Assembly: GCF_025965415.1 (NCBI RefSeq)
Contig: NZ_JAOPWY010000192.1
Location: 2,979 to 66,978 of the forward strand
Length of the DNA stretch: 64,000 nt
Direction: 5' to 3'
From: Nocardioides sp.
GTDB lineage: Bacteria; Actinomycetota; Actinomycetes; Propionibacteriales; Nocardioidaceae
The notes beneath the pieces were generated by a model. It had not been told where the DNA came from, did not search any database, and worked only from the letters and a program-made list of their open reading frames with translations. The translations under genes were made by a program, and so were the position numbers. This document shows positions 58,323-64,000 of the stretch, piece after piece. The first letter of the stretch is position 1, and each line of letters starts with the position of its first letter.

Positions 58323-60785
58323 TCAGGCCAGGTGCCGGGCCAGGTAGGGCCCGGTGACGCTGGCCGCCGCGGCTGCGATGTCGCTCGGGGTCCCCGTGGC
58401 CACCACCCGACCGCCCTGGTCCCCGCCGCCGGGGCCGAGGTCGATGACCCAGTCGGCGGTGGCGACGGTGTCGAGGTCGTGCTCGACGAGCACCACGGTG
58501 TTGCCGGCGTCGACCAGCCGGTGCAGCTGGCGCAGCAGCAGGGCGATGTCGGCCGGGTGCAGGCCCGCGGTGGGCTCGTCGAGCAGGTAGAGCGCGTGCC
58601 CCCTGCGAGCCCGTTGCAGCTCGGTCGCGAGCTTGATCCGCTGTGCCTCTCCGCCACTGAGCTCGGTGGCCGGCTGGCCCAGGCGCAGGTAGCCCAGCCC
58701 GACCTCGCGCAGGGTCTGGAGGCTGCGACTGGCGGCCGGCACCTCGGCGAGGACGTCGGCCGCCTGCTCCACCGTGAGGCCGAGCACGTCGGCGATGGTC
58801 AGGTCGCGCCAGGTGATCTGGAGGGTCTCGGCGTTGTAGCGCGCGCCGTGGCACGTCGGGCACGGCGCATACGTCCCGGGCAGGAAGAGCAGCTCGACCG
58901 AGACGAAGCCCTCCCCCTGACAGGTCTCGCAGCGACCCTCGGCGACGTTGAAGGAGAACCGGCCGACGCCGTAGCCGCGGACCTTCGCCTCGGGCGTGGC
59001 GGCGAACACCTTGCGGACGGCGTCGAAGAGGCCGGTGTAGGTCGCGAGGTTGGACCGTGGCGTGCGGCCGATCGGCCGCTGGTCCACGCGGACGAGGCGG
59101 TCGAACGACTCCAGCCCGGTCACGTCGTGGACGTCGATCTCGAGCTCGCTCTGCTCCTCGTCGTCCGGCGCCAGGCCGAGGTGTCGGCGCACCAGCTCGG
59201 CGAGCACCTGGGTGACCAGCGTGGACTTGCCCGAGCCGGAGACCCCGGTGACCGCGGTCAGGACGCACAGCGGGAGGTCGACCGACAGGTCGGCCAGGTT
59301 GTGCCTGCTGACGCCGCGCAGGTGCAGCCACCCGTGCGGGGTGCGGCCGTGGCGCTCGAGAGGCGCGACCCGCCCGAAGAGGTGCGCACCGGTGACCGAC
59401 CCCTCGACCTGCTCCAGCCCGTCGACGGGGCCGGAGTACAGCACCCGGCCCCCGGCCTCCCCGGCACCCGGGCCGATGTCGACGATCCAGTCGGCACGGC
59501 GTACGACGTCGAGGTCGTGCTCGACGACGAACAGGGAGTTGCCCGAGCGCTTCAGGCGGTCGAGCACCTCGAGCAGTGGCTCGGCGTCGGCAGGGTGCAG
59601 GCCCGCGGACGGCTCGTCGAGGACGTAGACGACCCCGAAGAGGCCCGAGCGCAGCTGCGTGGCGATCCGGAGCCGCTGGGCCTCGCCCGGCGAGAGCGTG
59701 GTCGAGCTCCGGCCCAGTGCGAGGTAGCCCAGCCCGAGGTCGAGCAGCACCTCGGCACGCGCGACGAGGTCGGCGCAGAGGCGGACAGCCACTTCCGTCC
59801 GCTCCCCCGAGTCCGCGGAGGACCGGGCGGCCTCGACGTCGGTGAGCTCGGCGACCGGGCGCAGGAGCGTGACCAGGTCGGTCAGGGACAGCGCGTTCAG
59901 CTCGGCGATGGTCAACCCGGCGAAGGTCACCGCCAGCGAGGCCGGCTGCAGGCCTGTCCCGTGGCAGGTGGGGCAGGGGGCACTGCGGACGAAGCGCATC
60001 GCCTTGTCCCGCATCATCTGGCTCTTGGAGGTCGCCAGGACGTGGTTGACGTGGGCGCGAGCGCTCCAGAACTTGCCGTAGTAGCCGTGGTCGACCCGGT
60101 CCCGCTCCGGCTTGACCAGCACCGACGGCTGCTCGTCGGTGAAGAGGAGCCAGTCGCGGTCCTTCTTCGGCAGCTTCTTCCACGGAGTGTCCAGGTCGAT
60201 GCCGAGGCCGGAGACGATGCTGCGGAGGTTGGCCCCCTGCCAGGCACCGGGCCAGGCGGCGATGGCGCCGTCCCGGATGCTCAGCGAGGTGTCGGGCACC
60301 ATCAGGTCCTCGCTGACGTCGTGCACCTCGCCGAGCCCGTGGCATCGAGGACAGGCGCCGGAGGCGGTGTTGGGCGAGAAGGCCTCGGCTGCCAGCCGCT
60401 CCGCCCCCGGGGGGTAGGTGCCGGCCCGCGAGTAGAGCATCCGGACGAGGTTGGACAGCGTGGTCAGGGTGCCGACGCTCGAGCGCGAGCTCGGCGCGCC
60501 CCGACGCTGCTGGAGGGCCACCGCGGGCGGCAGCCCGGTGATCTCCTGGACGTGCGGCGCGCCGACCTGCTGCAGCAGCCGGCGGGCGTAGGGGGCGACG
60601 GACTCGAAGTAGCGCCGCTGCGCCTCGGCGTACAGGGTGCCGAAGGCGAGGGAGGACTTCCCGGACCCGGAGACCCCGGTGAAGGCCACCATCGCGTCCC
60701 GGGGGATCTCGAGGTCGACGTCGCGGAGGTTGTTCTCGCTCGCCCCCCGGACGTGGACGAAGTGGTCCCTCGGGTCATCAGTCAC
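58323..60785 (-). CDS. UvrA paralogue (class II/UvrA2-like, 820 aa)
   Basis: Two ABC modules (GVSGSGKS twice, LSPGEAQR, LSGGEAQR), Zn fingers; short N-terminal half. Confidence 0.88.
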   Translation of the reverse strand: MTDDPRDHFVHVRGASENNLRDVDLEIPRDAMVAFTGVSGSGKSSLAFGTLYAEAQRRYFESVAPYARRLLQQVGAPHVQEITGLPPAVALQQRRGAPSSRSSVGTLTTLSNLVRMLYSRAGTYPPGAERLAAEAFSPNTASGACPRCHGLGEVHDVSEDLMVPDTSLSIRDGAIAAWPGAWQGANLRSIVSGLGIDLDTPWKKLPKKDRDWLLFTDEQPSVLVKPERDRVDHGYYGKFWSARAHVNHVLATSKSQMMRDKAMRFVRSAPCPTCHGTGLQPASLAVTFAGLTIAELNALSLTDLVTLLRPVAELTDVEAARSSADSGERTEVAVRLCADLVARAEVLLDLGLGYLALGRSSTTLSPGEAQRLRIATQLRSGLFGVVYVLDEPSAGLHPADAEPLLEVLDRLKRSGNSLFVVEHDLDVVRRADWIVDIGPGAGEAGGRVLYSGPVDGLEQVEGSVTGAHLFGRVAPLERHGRTPHGWLHLRGVSRHNLADLSVDLPLCVLTAVTGVSGSGKSTLVTQVLAELVRRHLGLAPDDEEQSELEIDVHDVTGLESFDRLVRVDQRPIGRTPRSNLATYTGLFDAVRKVFAATPEAKVRGYGVGRFSFNVAEGRCETCQGEGFVSVELLFLPGTYAPCPTCHGARYNAETLQITWRDLTIADVLGLTVEQAADVLAEVPAASRSLQTLREVGLGYLRLGQPATELSGGEAQRIKLATELQRARRGHALYLLDEPTAGLHPADIALLLRQLHRLVDAGNTVVLVEHDLDTVATADWVIDLGPGGGDQGGRVVATGTPSDIAAAAASVTGPYLARHLA

Positions 60786-60893
60786 ACGGCATTCCTACTC
60801 GCACGCGAAAGCGCGTCGACGGCCGGTCCGTCCCGGCGTGCCGGAGGTCGTGGTCGACGGACTGCGGGCACGGTCGTCACCTAGGCTCGCCGG

Positions 60894-61766
60894 ATGCGCA
60901 TCGTCTCGCTCATCCCGTCCGCCACGGAGATCCTCTTCGCCGTCGGGGCGGGCGACGACGTGGTCGGCGTGACCTTCGAGTGCGACCACCCGCCGGCCGC
61001 CCGCGGACTCCGCATCGTCTCCACGTCGGCGATGCCCGAGGGCCTGACGCCGAAGCAGATCGACGACTTCGTCGGCGCGGCGATGACGGCCGGCGAGGAC
61101 CTCTACCGCCTCGACTCCGGCGCCCTGGCCGAGCTGGACGCCGACCTCGTGGTCACCCAGGACCTGTGTGCGGTGTGTGCCGTGGACGTCGGGACGGTCG
61201 ACGACGCGCTCTCCTACCTCGGCTGCCGCGCGGACGTCGCGACGATCGATCCGCACACCCTCGACGACGTGCTCGCCTCCATCGTCGAGATCGGCGGGCT
61301 CACGTCACGGCCCGCCGAGGCCGCGGAGCTCGTCGCCTCGCTGGAGGCGCGCCTGGCCGCCGTCGCCGACCGCGTCGCCGGTCGGGCCCGGCCGCGCGTC
61401 CTGGTCCTGGAGTGGACCGATCCCCCGTTCGCGCCGGGGCACTGGATCCCCGAGATGGTGACCCGCGCGGGCGGCGAGCCGGCCCTCGGTGTCGCGGGCA
61501 CCCGATCCGGCCGGATCACGTGGGAGGAGGCCGTGAGCTCACGGCCCGACGTCGTCGTCTGCGCTCCGTGCGGCTTCGACCTGGAGGGCAGCGCGACCCT
61601 GGCGGAGGGCGTACGCCACCGCTTCCCGGGCGTGCCGGTCTGGGCGGTCGACGCCGACGGTCACTTCGCGCGCCCCGGGCCGAGGCTCGTGGACGGGGTC
61701 GAGGCGCTGGCCGGCATCCTTCACCCCGAGGCACACGCGCCGTCCCCGCACTGCCGCCGCGTCTGA
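60894..61766 (+). CDS. BtuF-like substrate-binding protein without signal peptide
   Basis: MRIVSLIPSATEI, VTFECDHP, QDLCAVCAV, FARPGPRL. Confidence 0.8.
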   Translation: MRIVSLIPSATEILFAVGAGDDVVGVTFECDHPPAARGLRIVSTSAMPEGLTPKQIDDFVGAAMTAGEDLYRLDSGALAELDADLVVTQDLCAVCAVDVGTVDDALSYLGCRADVATIDPHTLDDVLASIVEIGGLTSRPAEAAELVASLEARLAAVADRVAGRARPRVLVLEWTDPPFAPGHWIPEMVTRAGGEPALGVAGTRSGRITWEEAVSSRPDVVVCAPCGFDLEGSATLAEGVRHRFPGVPVWAVDADGHFARPGPRLVDGVEALAGILHPEAHAPSPHCRRV

Positions 61767-61822
61767 GGGGCCCAGAAGAAGACCACGCCGCTGCGGCCGG
61801 ATCCGGGCTAGGGTCCCCGTGC

Positions 61823-62527
61823 ATGGACATGCTGCGGGGTGCACAGATCGCCGAGGCCGACCTGACCGAGTGGCGCAAGCTGGCCCAGGGGCTGCACGCC
61901 AGGTACGTCGTGGACGACTTCGGCACAGGCGTGCGCTTCGTCGCCGCCGTGGGCAAGGCGGGCGACGTGCTCGGGCACCACCCGCGCGTGAGGATCGGCA
62001 CGGGGCACGTCGACCTCGAGCTGGTCACCGCCGATGCCGTCTACCGCGACGACGAGGGCACCGAGCACGTCGTCGAGTGGGTGACCCAGCAGGACGTCGA
62101 TCTCGCGCGGCGGATCACCGAGATCGCGGCCGGCCACGGGCTCGACGCCGACCCGGCCTCGGTCAGCGAGATCGAGCTCGGTCTCGACACGGCGGACTCC
62201 GCGACGATCGCCCCCGTGTGGGCCGCGCTGCTGACCGGGAGCGCCGAGTCCCAGGGCCGCGGATCACCCAGCGACGAGGTCCGGGACGACACCGTGCGGG
62301 TGCCGAACCTGTGGTTCGACGACGCCGGCGAGGACGCGACCTCGAGCCAGCGGTGGCACGTCGAGGTCTACGTGGCGCCCGAGGTGGCCGAGCAGCGGAT
62401 CGCCGCCGCCGTCGCGGCGGGCGGAACCGTCGTCGACAACAGCGACGCGCCTGGGCTCACCGTGGTCGCCGACCAGGACGGCAACCGGGGCGTCGTCTGC
62501 GTCGACGTGTCCGCCGCTGCTCGCTGA
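61823..62527 (+). CDS. Pterin-4a-carbinolamine dehydratase-like + VOC domain protein
   Basis: WRKLAQGLHA, GHHPRV, DVDLARRI; PNLWF, RWHVEV, DQDGN. Confidence 0.8.
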   Translation: MDMLRGAQIAEADLTEWRKLAQGLHARYVVDDFGTGVRFVAAVGKAGDVLGHHPRVRIGTGHVDLELVTADAVYRDDEGTEHVVEWVTQQDVDLARRITEIAAGHGLDADPASVSEIELGLDTADSATIAPVWAALLTGSAESQGRGSPSDEVRDDTVRVPNLWFDDAGEDATSSQRWHVEVYVAPEVAEQRIAAAVAAGGTVVDNSDAPGLTVVADQDGNRGVVCVDVSAAAR

Positions 62528-62625
62528 GATCGGCAGACCAGGTCCGCATGGCAGGGCGGACGGGAAAGGTCGAGGGCGACGTGGTCCACGGCACAGCCGT
62601 GACACACGCCGCCCTCGACAGAGGA

Positions 62626-62994
62626 GGTGGAGCTGCGGGGAATCGAACCCCGGTCCTCGAGCGCCGAACCAGGTCTTCTCCGGGTGCAGTCGGTGATGTC
62701 GCTTTTCTCGGCCCCGGCGCTCGCACAGACACGTCGCCGACAGGCCCAGTCAGGATTGAGTCCCGATCACCCCTCCTGACAGAGAGTGACCAGCAAGTCT
62801 CCTAGATGAGGCCTGGGTCCGGGACGGAGACAGATGCCCGGTCAGACCCTTCGATCACTGCTCAGGCAGCGAGAGCGAAGTCGTTGCGATTGGAGTCGGC
62901 AACTGTAGTTTCCAGCGATCGTTTACGAGATGACGCTGGCTTCTCGACCCGCTTCCCCTGGAACTAACGTCCCAAGTCGAAACCGATCAGCCCC
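62626..62994 (-). ncRNA. ssrA: tmRNA
   Basis: 5' GGGGCTGATCGGTTTCGAC; 3' GGTTCGATTCCCCGCAGCTCCACC; tag ORF ADSNRNDFALAA* (62900-62862). Confidence 0.97.
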
Positions 62995-63023
62995 TCTTGA
63001 GTTGTGTCTCGATCATACGTGCC

Positions 63024-63049
63024 AACGCCGACACCGTCGCCCGCATTCC
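63024..63049 (-). promoter_or_regulatory. SigR/SigH-type promoter upstream of ssrA
   Basis: GGAAT-N18-GTT on the minus strand, followed by a TATGAT housekeeping -10. Confidence 0.65.
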
Positions 63050-63129
63050 CCCCAGCCGGACGTCAGCGCGACGCGAGGCGCTCGTCGGTGACGATCTCGG
63101 CCATCTGCTCGACGCAGCGCGCGGACGTG

Positions 63130-64000
63130 TCAGTCCCCGGCGCCGGGTGCCGGGGCCGCTGGTGCGTGGACGCGTACGCGCGTGATGCGGTGCCCGTCGA
63201 CCTCGGCCACCTCCAGGACGTGGTCGCCGACGGTGACGGTGTCGCCCACGCCGCCCATCCGCGCCAGACGGTGGAGCATGTAGCCGGCGACCGTCTCGTA
63301 GGGCCCGTCCGCGAGCTCGACGCCGGTGCGCTCGCCGAACTCCTCGATGGTCAGGCCCGCGTCGATCGTCTCGGGGTCGGCGGAGGCGGCGATCTCCGCG
63401 TCGCGGTCGTACTCGTCGTGGATCTCGCCGACCAGCTCCTCCATGAGGTCCTCGAGGGTGACGATGCCGTCGGTGCCGCCGTACTCGTCGACCACCAGCG
63501 CGATGTGCGCGCCGAGACGACGGAGCTGGTCGATGGAGGGCAGCACCCGGTTGGTGCGGGGCAGCACGGGCAGGTCGCGGGCGAGCTCGGCGACCGTGCG
63601 GGTGCGGTCGTCGGCGTGCCCCAGCACGTCGCGGAGGTGGAGGTAGCCGAGGACCTCGTCGAAGGACTCGCCGGTGACCGGGTAGCGCGTGTAGGGCTCG
63701 GTCGTGATGACCGCGACCGCCTCGGCCAGGGTGAGGTCGCCGCTGAGGAAGACCACGTCGCCGCGCGGCTTCATCACCTCCGCCAGGGACCGGTCGCCGG
63801 CCTCGAAGACGTCGTCGACGAGCTTGCGCTCGTCCTCGGGGATGTCCTCGTGCCCCGAGATCATCAGCCGCAGCTCCTCCTCGTCGACCTCGTCGCCCAG
63901 GGCGTCGGGATTGCCGCCGAGGAGGCGTACGAGCAGGTTCGTCGAGAGCGACAGCAGCCAGATGACCGGGGTCATCACGGTCGCGAAGCGGCCCAGCGGC
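63130..64000 (-). CDS. Hemolysin-family (CBS + CorC/HlyC) protein, 5' end outside the window
   Basis: VMKPR, YTRYPV, VVDEYGGTDGIVTLEDLMEELVGEI, YETVAG. Confidence 0.9.
   Translation of the reverse strand, partial: PLGRFATVMTPVIWLLSLSTNLLVRLLGGNPDALGDEVDEEELRLMISGHEDIPEDERKLVDDVFEAGDRSLAEVMKPRGDVVFLSGDLTLAEAVAVITTEPYTRYPVTGESFDEVLGYLHLRDVLGHADDRTRTVAELARDLPVLPRTNRVLPSIDQLRRLGAHIALVVDEYGGTDGIVTLEDLMEELVGEIHDEYDRDAEIAASADPETIDAGLTIEEFGERTGVELADGPYETVAGYMLHRLARMGGVGDTVTVGDHVLEVAEVDGHRITRVRVHAPAAPAPGAGD

Noticed and set aside
57733-60884. 870-aa and 958-aa ORFs over the UvrA paralogue
   Set aside because: Alternate-frame or antisense ORFs expected from stop-codon scarcity at high GC; Arg/Pro/Gly-rich with no motifs

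Overview
High-GC actinobacterial chromosome segment. Gene content and order suggest Nocardioides or a close relative (inference). It is mostly core/housekeeping DNA: Xaa-Pro aminopeptidase, RlmC-like methyltransferase, orn, bcp, the rdgB-rph-MBL-murI-cysM-cysO-mec-DUF2017-clpS / pncB-pncA cluster, an amino-acid ABC transporter, lysG/lysE, hppD, helicase-DUF3039-yqgE, an SDR, a UvrA paralogue, four tRNAs (Arg-TCT, His-GTG, Lys-CTT, Leu-TAG), tmRNA and a c-di-AMP riboswitch. I saw no integrase, transposase, prophage or CRISPR array. The most interesting signals are small and absent from, or misread by, the ORF track. (1) A 38-aa Cys-containing leader peptide behind an exact SigR/SigH-type promoter (GGAAT-N18-GTT), upstream of a DAACS symporter. 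(2) A ~113-nt multi-hairpin, apparently non-coding unit in the position where the target gene of a NarL-type two-component system would sit. (3) A His-less CsoR-family repressor/DUF302/Cys-rich microprotein module with its operator, next to a MerR-SulP pair. (4) A GAF-ANTAR cluster with a gene remnant and structured intergenic RNA. (5) NUDIX-DUF429 and ASCH-HTH-HhH fusion proteins. (6) A Nur-type box suggesting the 'cbiMQO' operon imports nickel. Start codons were adjusted by eye and family names come from recognised motifs, not database searches.
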